From Lama guanicoe (Eukaryota): 64,000 bases of DNA. How positions within the stretch are numbered: the stretch's first letter is position 1; each line of letters starts with the position of its first letter. The stretch is taken from contig MU053994.1 in assembly GCA_013239625.1 (NCBI GenBank), positions 4,197,434 to 4,261,433 of the forward strand. The letters run 5' to 3'. This document shows, in pieces, positions 23,520 to 35,994 of the stretch. The position numbers and the translations under genes were made by a program. Below the pieces are notes generated by a model. The model ran no database searches and was not told where the DNA came from. It saw only the letters and a program-made list of their open reading frames with translations.

Positions 23520-25730
23520 CAGGATAGTCAAAGAAACTGCACTGAATCCCTAGATCCCTTTGGGTAGTATTACCCTCTTAACATTCATTATTAAGTCTTC
23601 AAATCCACGAACACAGAATGTCTTTCCATTTTTTTTAGGTCTTCTTTCATTTCTTTCAGCAGTGTTTTATAGTTTTAGCGTAGAAGTCTTGCACCCACTT
23701 GCTTGGTTAAATTTACGCCTAGGTATTTTATTCTTTATGATGGTCCTGTAATTGTAACTTTAAAAAAATTTGATTTTTCAGATGGTTTGTTTCTAGTATA
23801 TAGAAATGCGATTGATTTTTGTGTGTTTATCTTGTACACAGAAACTTTGCTGAATTTGTTTTTTTGCCACTAATATGGTTGGTGGTTTGTTTTGGTTTTT
23901 TTTGGTGGATTCTTTAGGATTTTCTCTATAATATCTTCTCTGAATAAAGATACATTTGCTTCTTCTTTTCCAACTTAGATGCCTTTTATTTATGTCTTTT
24001 CTATCCTCCTCCCTCTATCCCTCCCCTCTTTCTTTTTTTCCTTTCTTCTTAATTTCTTTTTCCTTTTTTTTTTTTTTTTTTCCTTATTTCTCTGTTTGTT
24101 TTTTTTTTTTTTTTTTTGCCTAATTGCTCTGGCTGGAGTTTCTAGTACAGTGTTGAGCAGAAAGGTAACAATAGACATCCTTGTATTGATTCTGATGCTA
24201 TTAAGGAGAAAGCTTTCAGTCTTTCACCACTAAGTGTGATATTATCTGTGGGGTTTTCATAGATTCTCTTTAACAGGGTGAGGAAGTTCCCTTTCATTTC
24301 TAGTTTCTTGAATGTTTTCATCCTGAAAGGGTGTTGGGATTTTTTCCAAATGCTTTTTTCTTTTTGGCGTATTAAGATGGTCATGTTTTTAAATGCCCTT
24401 AATTCTATTAATACTGTGTATTATACTAAATAATTTGTGGATATTAAACCAATCATGCATTTCTGGAATATTTCCCTTTGGTCATGTTGTAAAATCCTTT
24501 TATATGTTAAAACCGAATCCAGTATTTGGTTTGCTAATATTTTGTTGAGGATTTTTGTGTCTATGTTCATAAGATACTAATCTGTTTTCTTGTGATTTCT
24601 TAATCTGATTTCATTTGATTATTTTGTCTGGACTCAACAGCAGGGTAATTCTGGTCTTATAAAATAACTTGGGAAGGATTCTCTCCCCTTATATTTTTTT
24701 AGGAAGAGTCTGTGAAGGGACTGGTGTTAATTTTTTATTACATGTTTGGTAGAATTTACCAGTGAAGCTGGCTTTTCTTTGTTAGAAACTTTTGAATTGC
24801 TAACTAATCTCTTTAGTTGTTATACATGTATTCACATTTGTAATTCTTCTTGAGTCAGTTTCAGCAGTTTGTGTCTTTCTAGGAATTTATTTCAGCTAAG
24901 TTATTGAATTTGTTGACATGCAGTAGTTCGTAGCATTCTCATAATAGTTTTATTTCTGTAAGGTCAGTAGTAACATCTCTTCTTTCTTGCCTGATTTTTA
25001 ATAACTTGAGTTTTCTCCCTTTTTCTTTTTTTTTTTTTAACATTCTTTATTGAATAATAGTCATTTTACAATGTTGTGTCAAATTCCAGTGTAGAGCACA
25101 ATTTTTCAGTTATACATGAACATACATATATTCATTGTCACTTTGTTTTCACTGTGACCTACCACAAGATCTTGAATATAGTTCCCTGTGCTATACAGTA
25201 TACTCTTGTTTATCTGAGTTTTCTCTCTTCTTATCTTGCTCAGTCTAGCTGGTTTGTGAGTTTCCTTGATCTATTCAAAGAATCAACTGTGGTTTTACTG
25301 ATTTTCTCTATTTTTTTTTAATTCCAATCAAATCTGTTCTAATCTTTATTATTTCCTTTCTTCTACTTGCTTTGGACTTCATTTCCTCTTCTTGTTATAG
25401 TTTCTTAGTGTGGAAAATTAGGTTATTGATTGGAGATACTCTTTTTAAACATGTGTGTATATATTTTCTTCTAAGCATTGTTTTTGATGTTTTAGTACAT
25501 TGGTTTTTCATTTTTGTTTATCTCAAATTATTAGATCATTGTCTTCTTTAACTCATTGGTTTCTTCTTTAACTCATTGGTTATTTAGGAGTGAGTGTATT
25601 GTTTAATTGTCACATTTTTAATTTTCAAAATTCCTTCTGTTAATTGATTTCTAATTTAATTTGGTGTTGTTGGAGAACATGTTTTGTATGATTTCAATCC
25701 TTTAAAATTTGAGACTTCTTTTATAGTCAT
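23520..25730 (-). mobile_element. Old L1 ORF2 fragment (endonuclease to reverse transcriptase), degenerate
   Basis: ORF 24142-24384 (-) QHPFRMKTFKKLEMKGNFLTLLKRIYENPTDNITLSGERLKAF resembles L1 RT; ORF 23990-24178 has LLNTVLETPARAIRQ; stops and frameshifts throughout. Confidence 0.92.
25022..25214 (-). mobile_element. Young L1 3' end nested in the old L1
   Basis: Poly-T, acaatgttgtgtcaaattccagtgtagagcac; 15-bp TSD tgagttttctcYctt at 25007-25021 and 25215-25229. Confidence 0.92.
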
Positions 25731-25744
25731 TGCTCTAATCTCTT

Positions 25745-25885
25745 TTTGGATTAGGGCCCCTCCTAACCCCGTATGACCTCATTTTAACTCGATTACATCT
25801 GAAAAGACCCTATTTCCGATGCAGGTCACATTCTGAGGTTCCAGGTAGACATGAATTTGGGGGAGATACTATTCAACCTAGTAGA
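25745..25885 (-). mobile_element. MaLR LTR fragment (MLT1B/C-like)
   Basis: ggattagggccc...tatgacctcattttaactcgattacatctgaaaagaccctatttcc...ggtcacattctgaggt. Confidence 0.8.
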
Positions 25886-25929
25886 GTAGTGAAGTCAAGA
25901 AATGTAGGAACCCATCACTGATGCACACA

Positions 25930-26240
25930 GCTTCCTGCAGCAGCTTGGCAAAAACGTGAGCCCAGAATATTCGATCCAATCAAATCGTGTTCAAAGTACA
26001 AAAGGAAAAAGACAAATCATTTTGAACATGCAAGAGCTCAGGGAATATCATTGCCATGAGCACTTCCTGAGAAAATTAATGGAGGACAAATTTAAGACAA
26101 TAAAGAGACTAACAAGGAAATTATGGAGAAAGAATTCACAGTGAATTTTGAATATATTGAACAGTAGAAACAAGCCTAAAACACATGTGAGGAAGAAAGC
26201 ACAGAGCAGAATGTAAAAGTTATATATAATAATGGAGAAA
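25930..26240 (+). mobile_element. HAL1 / L1 ORF1-like fragment
   Basis: ttttgaacatgcaagagctcagggaatatcattgccatgagcacttcctgagaaaatta; ORF-track peptide LNMQELREYHCHEHFLRKL. Confidence 0.6.
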
Positions 26241-26250
26241 TGATGTAGGA

Positions 26251-26667
26251 TGTAGGGGACTCTGTCAGTGTCCCATTTATATCACCGCAGCTTTACCACT
26301 TCAGTTTGTCCTTAGCTGATTCCATCTACCAATATATCTTATTCCTGAGGGCAGCATTAAAGAAGGACCAAGGGATTAAAATCTCCCCAGGAGAAGCCCT
26401 CAACAAATGATTGATGGGATTTGGTGAATAAATACTCTAGATCCTTGGAGAGACAAGTCTGAGGCATGTGTATTACAGTCTTTCCCAGAAGTTCTTAACA
26501 ATATTAGGTTCACCCACAGAAATAGCTGGCATAATGCTTCTTTTTGGTTGCTTTGCCTTTCCTATGTACTTTCTTCCCTACTGGTATATCTTGTTCTTCA
26601 CAAATTAAGAAGTTACACTTGATTCATTGTCTCATGGTCCGTCTCTGAGGGAACCCAAATTAAGATC
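26251..26667 (+). mobile_element. ERVL LTR (LTR16-like)
   Basis: tgtagggg...gaagccctcaacaaatgattgatggga...tctgagggaacccaaattaagat. Confidence 0.7.
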
Positions 26668-27099
26668 ATATAACTAGACACAACTGAGGAGGGAGAAGGA
26701 AAATATCAAGTATCAAGTATTGCACGTATCTGCTTCATGTGTAATTGCTGGGAATCCAAGGAGATAATTTAAAGTTGCAAATAGAGTCATAGAGGCATAA
26801 GCATAGTTAAATATAAGTGGTAAACAAAACTATAATATAATTAACTAAAATTGAGTGGTAGAAGTAAAGCAAGGAAATAAAGAAGAAGAAAGACTATCCT
26901 AAGTTTATCATTGCTCAGATAATAGATACTGCTTAAGAAATGGAAGACTAAGGGTATGAAGTAAATTTATAATTATAAAATGAATATGGCAAAGTAAGAC
27001 CTCCAAGAATTCTCTCCTTCATAAAAGCAATGAGAAAACTGGCAAAAATGATCAGAATCAGCTTTTTCCGAACACTGGAAATTAACTAAATGCTTGCAG

Positions 27100-27578
27100 T
27101 GTCAATTGAAATAAATGCACAACCTAAAAGTTGACAGTTATGTTTTATTTGGCGGGAGGACTTGAGCCAGGATGACAGCCTCTTAGATGGCTCTGAGGGA
27201 CTGCTCCGAAGAAATAGGGGAGGGGCTGGGATATACAGGAGTTTTACAACAAAGACCAGGTAGTTGGAACATGAAAAGATTACTTGTTAACTAAAGAAAA
27301 CCAGACATCTCAAGTTAAAGAATTTAGTACTTTTCTGTGTATGGGAGGGAGCAAACATTCGGGCTCATTGAATTCATTCCTCTGACAAGCACCTGGCTAT
27401 CTAGGGCCAGTATCCTATCCTTTCTTATTCTGAGTCCCCTCAGAGGGCCCCATTGTGAGTGGCTGCAGAGGCCAGGCTGCAGGCTTGTCTTCACTGGGGG
27501 GTGGCGGCAGCCGCTGATGACTGGATGGCTTCAGCGTTCTTTGTCTACTGATGTGGTTTGCAGTATTTTTCATTCACA
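27100..27578 (-). mobile_element. ERV1 solo LTR, MER41-like (artiodactyl type)
   Basis: TG...CA ends, 4-bp TSD gcag/gtag, minus-strand AATAAA near 27145; ctctgagggactgctccgaa...aaagaaaaccagacatctcaagtta. Confidence 0.8.
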
Positions 27579-28499
27579 GTAGCAATCCAGGAAATGTTTA
27601 TTAAAGAAAAACAGGTGGTAAATCTTGGTAAAAACATTAAGCTTTAGGGCATTTTAACTTTTCCTGGTCCCATTCTCTGCTTTCCAGAAGCATGGTGGCC
27701 TTGAAATATAACAACCCACATTGATGGTGAAGATTGGTAAATATGGGAGAGCAAAATAGGGCTGGGGCTCTTTCCAAACATCATTTTCCCAAATGTCAAT
27801 TTGTGACCAGCCTGGTGGTGCCCTAGAAGGCCATATTTTCAAGCTGTCTGTATCTTACCTGACTTGCCCAGTGTCAAAAGCTTTATCACCCAGAGACATT
27901 TATCAAAAAGCAATTACAGACCCTTGCTGAGTTTCATGGCTGCCTGAGGCAGTGGATGACAGTGGAGGGAAACAATACACTAACCAAAAAACTTGAAAGC
28001 AAAAGCTGGAGACTGAAAATCCATAGTGGCTTTCAAAATCTCTGATATATTCCTGGAAATCTATAAGTCCAGGTACAAGCCTAAGGCTGTCTGCATGCCC
28101 AGGGCTATGCACATTCACCGGAGGGATCTGAGGAGGCCCTGAACTCTCAAGTCTGCCTGACCTTGAGGCCTTCTGTGTAAGTAGGAAGTGAAGGCTAAGA
28201 CAAAGTTTTAAGCTGCCTGGTCTGAGAGTTGAAGGCATAGGCCAACACATGCACAGAGCCCCTCAGCAAAGACCGAGAGAGATTTACTGGTCCCAGGCAT
28301 TTAAGAAAATCTGTCTAGTCATCAGCTGAGCACTCGTCTAACCAAGTGAAGACTTCAATGGTCACATATGACAAAGATACAGAATTTACAAAATCAGTTC
28401 AGAAAACTCACTAAAAAGCAAACAGCAAAAACTAGAAGTAAACAGTTACACAATCCAGGGAGGGGAAAGAATCTGATTTTCAGGGTTACCATGTTATAT

Positions 28500-28808
28500 T
28501 GTTGCCGAGTCCAAACTCGTTCTGCTCACCGCACAACAGACCAATAAATCAGGAGACGAAATGTTGGGGCAAGGAGTAGCGACTTTATTCGGAAAGCCGG
28601 CAGACCAAGAGGATGGCAGACTGATGTCTTGGAGAACATCCTGCTCTAGTCAGAATACAGGCTCCTTTTATACAAAAAATAAGGGGATGTGGTTGGTTGT
28701 TGTAATCTTCTTGCTGCAGGCATTCTTTGTTCTTGCAGCCGTCCACATGGGCCAGGTCATGGTGTCCCTGTAAACCTCCAACAAAACAAGGGTTTTTCTC
28801 TATTACTA
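28500..28808 (-). mobile_element. ERV1-type solo LTR, probably internally deleted
   Basis: tgttgccgagtccaaactcgttctgctcacc...gactttattcggaaagcc; atat on both sides; host L1 sequence resumes after it. Confidence 0.75.
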
Positions 28809-28976
28809 ATATTACTTCAAGTGTCCAGTTTTCAACAAAAGACTAAATTATGAGACATGCAAAGAAACAAATAAAAAGAAAATGACCCATACACAGAAAA
28901 ACAAGTCAGTCCATAGAAAATGTCCCTGAGGAAGACCAGACATTGGACTTTTAAACACTCTAAATTTGCTATTTTA

Positions 28977-29337
28977 TTTTATTTTATTTTTAACATTTTT
29001 TATTGATTTATAATCATTTTACAATGTTGTGTCAAATTCCAGTGTAGGGCACAATTTTTCAGTTATACATGAACATATATATATATTCATTGTCACATTT
29101 TTTTCTCTGTGAGCTACCACGAGATCTTGTGTATATTTCCCTGTGCTATACAGTATAATCTTGTTTATCTATTCTACAATTTTGAAATCCCAGTCTATCC
29201 CTTCCCACCTCCCACCCCCTTGGCAACCACTACTTTGTATTCTATGTCTATGAGTATATTTCTGTTTTGTATTTATGCTTTTTTTTTAAGATTCCACATA
29301 TGAGCTATCTCATATGGTATTTTTCCTTCTCTTTCTG
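28977..29337 (-). mobile_element. Young L1 3' end nested in the old L1
   Basis: 16-bp TSD taaattWgctatttta at 28961-28976 and 29338-29353; same 3' UTR type as 25022 and 36449. Confidence 0.93.
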
Positions 29338-29990
29338 TAAATTAGCTATTTTAAATGTGCTTGAAGAGCTAAAGGAAACTATAGCTAAAGAACTAAATAA
29401 AAGCTCAAAAATAATGTTTCACTAAATAGAGAATATCAGTAAAGGGATAGAAATTGTAGAAAGGAACCAAGTAGAAATTCTGGAGTTGAAAAGTACAATT
29501 ACTTAAATAAAAATTCATAGAGGTGCTCAACAGCAGATTTGATCAGGCAGAGGAAAGAATCAGCAAGCTTGAGGTAGGTCAACTGAAATTATCCAATCTG
29601 AGAAAGAGAAAAAAATAATGAGGGAAAATAAACAGAGCCCCAGAGACCTGTGGGATACTATCAAGCATACTACCATACAGATAATTGGAGTCCCAGAAGG
29701 AGGGACTAGAAAGGGGTAGAAAGAATATTTATTTGAAGAAACAATAGCCAAAAATTCCATCAAATGTAATTTGGGGGCCAAAATTGTAAAATTAGACAAA
29801 GAAAAAGCACTTTGTAAAGCTAAGGCTACAAATCACAATAAGAATATATACAGACCATATTGCAGAAACCAGTTTTAGCCAAAATCTACAGGAGAGAACA
29901 ATAAGTAGACACCCCCAACTAGTTGGAAACATATTCTCATTGTCCAAGGTAAATCAAATTGTTAAAAAATGATGAAGGCTATAGAAGATC

Positions 29991-30483
29991 TGTGCTGCTG
30001 AATCTTCAACTTGCTCCTGGAGATGCACATTCTTTCCTCTTTTTCCTTGCTCTGGTACCCTAGGAAACGGAACTCTTCTATGGACTGTATCAAATGCATC
30101 ACCGTATCCCCTTGCCTATAGTTTCTGTTTAGGTTGAGTCATTGGGGAGCACCAGTGATAGAACAGAGGATGGAAGGAGAATGAGATCAGGGTATTTATC
30201 GTCTCCCTCCCTGTCGAGTTGTTGCAGGTTAGCTCTAACCTTCTACTAAAGCTCGTGTCAGGTGGCCCTCTTCACATATTGTCTCTACCTCAAGTTCTGT
30301 AGCCATGCCTTCTCGTTGACTTTCCAGCCTATATGTGGTAATGGCACCCCACCCCCAATATTTTAGTTACTGCCCTGTGTCTTGTGCTTTTCCTCCACTC
30401 TGTCTACACCATTGTATATCTCTTTATTAAACTGTGTTCAAATTATCCAGTTTAAGTATGCCCTACCTGTTTTCTGATTATCA
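29991..30483 (+). mobile_element. ERVL LTR (LTR33-like)
   Basis: tatggactgtatcaa...ggggagcaccag...gagatcagggtatttat...tttattaaactgtgttcaaattatccagtttaagtatgcc. Confidence 0.7.
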
Positions 30484-31400
30484 AAAAGCCAAATAGAATT
30501 AAGAAGATCAATCTAATACATACATATCAAACTCTATCCTAAAAATACAGAATAAATCTTTTCCTAGGACCCATTAAACAGTCATGAAAAAAATTGTCCT
30601 GTATTAATCTATGAAGAGAAACAAAACAAAAACTCAGTTAATTCCAAAAAGAATAAAACAAAACAAAGCCAAGAAACATTCTCTTGTTCCATGGCAATAA
30701 TACTAGAAATTAAAAATATAATCAGAAAAAAGCTACCTCCTGGAAATTAAGAAAAATGTCTTGCTAAGTTGAGTCAAGGAGGAAATACAAATTAAAATTA
30801 CATGCTGAGCCCCAGGCAGAATTTTTGAAAAATCAATACCTAAATACATTGTAATACATGTTTAGAATAACAAAGAGAAAAAAATTTAAAGCAGTCAAGG
30901 AGAAAAGAGAGCTTACCTAGAAAGATAGATAGCAAGTTTTTGATCAGATATGACAGATGAATAATATTACCAAATTGTTGAGGGAAAATATTTGTTAGAC
31001 TAGAATTCCATGTCAGATAAAGACATCAGAGTTATATGAGAACCAGGAAAACTTACTAGTCACAGAACCTTGCTGAAAGAACAAAGAAAGTGCTTCGGGA
31101 ATTACCCAGAAGGAACATGCAGGATACAGAAAACAATGGCGAGCAAAGAAGTTGGTAAGCATGATAGTAATTCTAAACAATTATGGAATAATTGAGAGAA
31201 TTGAGAGAAAAAAAAAAGACTAACTTTGGTGTATTTAACACAAAAAGGAGCTAAAATACAGTAACATGAAAATGAGAGAGCAGAGCAAAATGTTCTGAGC
31301 TCATTCTACTCTTTGGAAAGAGGCTAGAAATGAGGACAATTTTCGATTTTATTGTGTATGCGTGTTAAACTTGAAATGCGAAAGCACAAATGCTAATCTA
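30484..31400 (+). mobile_element. Degenerate L1 fragments (endonuclease- and ORF1-like)
   Basis: A-rich; aaacattctcttgttccatggcaataatactagaaatt; aaagcagtcaagg...gttgagggaaaatatttgttagactagaattc. Confidence 0.6.
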
Positions 31401-31642
31401 CTTAGCGTCCAACTGACATTTACATTTGTATGACTGTCAGGTATTAGTAGATACCCAGCAAGTAAAGGAAAAATGGAGGCCAGCCCATCTTCTGAGCTGT
31501 ACTTCACAGACTAGAAGAAAGCAACGCGGAGTGATATTGATACCCAGGATACACAGTTTTTGTTCCTATGGAAGAATGATTGTATACATCACACTCTACT
31601 GAATTGGTTCTTTGGTGACTTACTGGGTGTCAAGATCAGTGG

Positions 31643-31737
31643 TGTAGGGGAGCAAAATTTGCCACCTCTAAATTGTGTCTCTTTGCATAGAAGTAACCTA
31701 AATGTTCATCAACCTATGATTGGATAAAGATGTGGTG

Positions 31738-31783
<46 letters not shown>

Positions 31784-32110
31784 ATGGGATACTTACTCAG
31801 CCATAAAAAAGAATAAAATAATGTCATTTGCAGCAATATGGATGGACCTGGAGGTCATCATTCTAAGTGAAGTAAGCCAGAAAGAGAAAGAAAAATACCA
31901 TCTTACCACTTATATGTGGAATCCAAAAAAATGACATAAATGAACTTATTTACAGGAAAGAAACAGACTTACAGACATAGAAAACCAGGGGGAGAAGAGG
32001 GTGGGAAGGGATAAACTGGGAGTTCAAGATTTGCATATTCTAACAACTATATTCAATATCTTGTAATAACCTATGATTGAAAAGAATATGAAAAGGAATA
32101 TGTATATGTT

Positions 32111-32155
<45 letters not shown>

Positions 32156-32809
32156 ATATATATATAAACTGAATCACTATGCTGTACACCAGAAAGTAAC
32201 ACAACATTGTAAACTGACTATACTGCAATAAAAAATTAATTTATATAAAAATTGTGTCTTTTTGGCATGAAGATTAATTTAGGCTGATTATTTTTAAGGC
32301 TCAGAAGACTCAGGAAGAACCTTTGACCTTCCCCTTAACTGCCTAAACGAATGTAAATAGAGGACCTATTACAGGAAGAGAACTATTACCATAAGTAACA
32401 ATACTATGAGCTAGGTGAGTAGACAGGAAGGAACCTAGCTAAGTCTCTTTGTTGAAACTCCTCTCTGGATCCCACTGTCTCTGCAAATTTGCCAAACATT
32501 ACTCTTCCATTTCCTGTGAATTGCCTCCTTCGCCCATCCGCACCAACCCTTCCCAACCCCCACCCTCAACCCTTGAAGTCCCAAACCACTACCCCCAACA
32601 TCTTCTTTTGTCTTTAGCTGAAGGTGATATTTAAGGTGAGGGTTTTGGCCATTTGAGGGAGTTACTCCATCCTCCTAGGTCTCTCCCATGTCTACATGTT
32701 ATTAAACTGTTGTGTCATTTTCTCCTGTTAATCTGCCCCATGTCAATTGAATTCTTAGACGAGCCAGAGGAACCTAGAATGGTAGAAGAAATTTTCTTCC
32801 TCCCTGACA
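31643..32809 (+). mobile_element. ERV1 solo LTR (MER34-like), interrupted by L1
   Basis: tgtaggggagcaaaatttgccacc...ttttcttcctccctgaca; perfect 4-bp TSD gtgg at 31639-31642 and 32810-32813. Confidence 0.85.
31686..32248 (+). mobile_element. L1 3' end (ORF2 C-terminus plus UTR) nested in the LTR, with (TA)n(GA)n and (TA)n(TG)n microsatellites
   Basis: 16-bp TSD aaattgtgtctYtttg at 31670-31685 and 32249-32264; tggatggacctggaggtcatcattctaagtgaagtaagccag. Confidence 0.93.
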
Positions 32810-35800
32810 GTGGCCTGTATGTCACTGGTACATTCTCATTCTAAGCATCTGTTCTCAGAACGAAATGAATATAAATAAATAAACAGCCTCATTGAAAAGA
32901 TTCGAAGTCACAAAATAAGTATTTAGAGCCTTGAGACATAATAGACTGCTTTCCAGTATAGTGTTGTCTGATTGTGGCTTTATGGTGGACTGTATTTCCA
33001 TGTTATCTCCCATTTCTTACAGCTTTTTCTTTTCTTTTTTTTTTTTTTAATAGCTGACTTGGTCTGCTAAGCAAACTGGTGCAGTTTCAGAGACCAAAAC
33101 ACGATGAGTATTATGTAAATGAGTAAATGAGTAAATGAGTAAAATGCAGCACAGCATTTTTTAGCCCTGGGGAGGAAAGGCCAAAATTTGTATTAGATAC
33201 AACTTTTTTCTATTCTAAATGGAGATTTAACTATCCAACTACCCTGACTTTCAAAGACCTCGAAGGGCTGGGAGTTGGTAGGAATTTCCTTTGAAGAAGA
33301 CTTCCATTGTTTTATAATGAGATTAATTGTCTTGCCCCCAGGTACAGATGCCACATTTTCTCTCTAGAGTTTAGGCTAGAACTCTCATCTTCATTTTCAA
33401 ACTGGCCTAGGGCCCCAGAAGTTCAATGCTCAGGCTTGGGCAAGTTGGAAGGAAAATCAGGGAAATTCCATTTTCATATTTCACTGCTTTTTTTTTTTTT
33501 TTCAGATTCTTGGGATTGTGTTGAGTCTGCTGCTGAGAAATCTTGCTCATCTCCCACCCTCCTCTAATTATCCTGAAATTAACCTTCTCATTAACCCACA
33601 GAGGAGGAAGACCAGCACACATTATTTCAGCATGTGTATGCTCATGTGGGCTCTCACTGGCTATGATTAAGAACTAAATTCCGGTTGATATATGCAGGAC
33701 GGAGAGTTAGAAGATATTTGAGTTGGAATTTTCATTACAAAAATTGGTTGCCAAAACATGTATTTTTTTATATTAACTATGAGTCCACACTTGGAATATA
33801 ATTGTTTTTTCCATCTTTCAGACTTTTTTTTTATTGCAAAGACTAATTCAGAAATTTTTTTCCTTCCAAATCTTCAAATTAACATTACTTTAGAATATTT
33901 CTAAATTCTAAACACTATGCTGATCCAGGACTTTAAGCACACACTCGTATTCCAAATCAAGAAGCTAAGAAATTTACAGAACAGTTAGAAATTTAGTAAC
34001 TTACTTTAGAAACTATAGTTGAGCCAATGGGGAATCTGAATGGAAGAATGTAATTTGGCTAAGAATTATCTTATTATTTAATAGAAATATTTAGTCTTGC
34101 CTATTCATTATTTGTGCATAGTTTTGATTTTAGCGTTTTAGAATGTGAAAAGTTGCACAGATGAGTTATAACCATTAAGTAGACTTCAGCAGAACACTTT
34201 GAATTTAACTTAGTCTTTGCTACATGGAATGAAATATAATTGTTAATTGAGGAAAATATTGAGTCATCTCAGGAACTTGATCCTAGTTTCTGTTGATTTT
34301 GCCCCATCTGATGGATCTAACCCATTAGCGAACAACATACCCAACGTGTTGCCTGAAGGTTGGCTTCCTCACTGCCTAGGGAACATGGGGGTCACCTATA
34401 AATCCATGTCTATACTCAAGTCCTTATCTCTGCTAATCTCTGCTAATCATTTCCCATGTTCAAACTCAATATTCACCCTTTTGTCAAGCCTTACTTAACA
34501 TCATAGCTCTATTTATTACTGCCCACTGTTTTTTTGCTTTTTGTTTTGGAGGGGGGAGGCACTAATTCTAAGTCAATTTCTATCTTTAAATGAATCTCAG
34601 GAAAATCTGTTCCCTAATTAACATCCATACCTCAATTTTCTCTCACTTTACCTAGTCTTTTTGGAATCTTACAGTCAAAATCCATGTATAAAGGCAAAAA
34701 AGCAAGCAATGGGTTTCCAGTTTTATGCCTGTCTTAGCAATTCTATGAGAGATGTTTTGAAGCTCCTCTTGAAAGATCTATGCCAAAGACCTGGTAATTG
34801 TTTTTTATGGTTTTCCAATGAAGTGTGAAGTCCTTCTAATAGCTGTCAATAGCTTTCTCTTCTCTGTAGCTGTGAACACTAGGAAAGAAGTCTTTAACAA
34901 CCATTTCTGGTTTTTTTTTTTTCTCTCTCCTATCATCACTACTTTGGTCTGATGTCTGGTTAGAGGCTGAACAGTTGGCATTGTACCCTTGAATAGCCTA
35001 AGAAGAGTTGGGGTAGGTAAAATCAATCTTGTTGGATCCCTCCTGAATTTCAAAAGAAAATCATCACAGGCAATATGTATCAAAAGTAGTTGAATACAAA
35101 AAAAAAATCATTGCCTTTTACTCTTTGTTGGGCATATTGCTAAGAACTGAGGCTATGTGGGTAAGAAAAGGAGGATCTTGTTCTCAAGTAACTCCCAGCC
35201 TAGCTGGATAGGGAGATGCAAATGAGAACCCAGCAAGGTCAAATGCTCTGAGGCTGACTCTGAGGGACCATGAGCACAGGCATGTTTTATCATCACTCTG
35301 TTTTGGGTACTTAACACAGGGCCCAACTTTTAATAGACATGTGATAAATGTACATTGAACTAAATCATATCACCTTACTCTTGTTAAGGCATCCTTCAGG
35401 AGACTGAAATCATCTTCAGCACATTATTTTACTATTGCAAAGTTTATTAAAGGAAAAGCATCTAACCAAGCTTTCTTAGATATCTCTTCAAAGAGATGTC
35501 AGCAAAACCATCTCTTAAAAAGCCCTTTGCTTTTTTTTAAAGAAGGCACATGAAATTATTGTCAAGTAAATGTTTAATATTTGTTATACTTAGCATAATA
35601 GTTTAAGTCAAATTTATGATTCATGAGAGCTGTATTTTTATGTGCTGTATGTACTCTTAATGGTACATCAGAGTCCTTTTTGTATAATCAACATGCACAA
35701 TATATTTCTGCCCATTGTATAGGACTTCGGACGTAATTTTACTCCTTTAAATTGTTATGGAGATTTGTAGCTATTCCATCTTTGCTTCTATAACATTACT

Positions 35801-35994
35801 GTTGTTCATGTTTATAATTTATTTTTTATCATATTCTTGGTTAGAAACACAATCCCAGTTATTACATTGTTCCTTAAAGAGAAAGAGGACCTGTTTCAGG
35901 ACTATATGCTTTGCTCCTAGAAGTGCAAGAAAGCATTGTGGTAGAAATCATTGACCACCTGTATGGTGATGTATCACTTGTTATTTTTCAATAG

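Larger units (their letters stand above)
26985..29770 (+). mobile_element. Old L1 5' region plus ORF1, interrupted by three later insertions
   Basis: aatatggc...ctccttcataaaagcaatgagaaaactggcaaaaatgatcagaatc; ORF1-type agaaattctggagttgaaaagtacaat...agagacctgtgggatac...ggagtcccagaagg. Confidence 0.85.

Noticed and set aside
23520..29770. Intact, active L1
   Set aside because: Fragments in opposite orientations with many stops, frameshifts and nested insertions.
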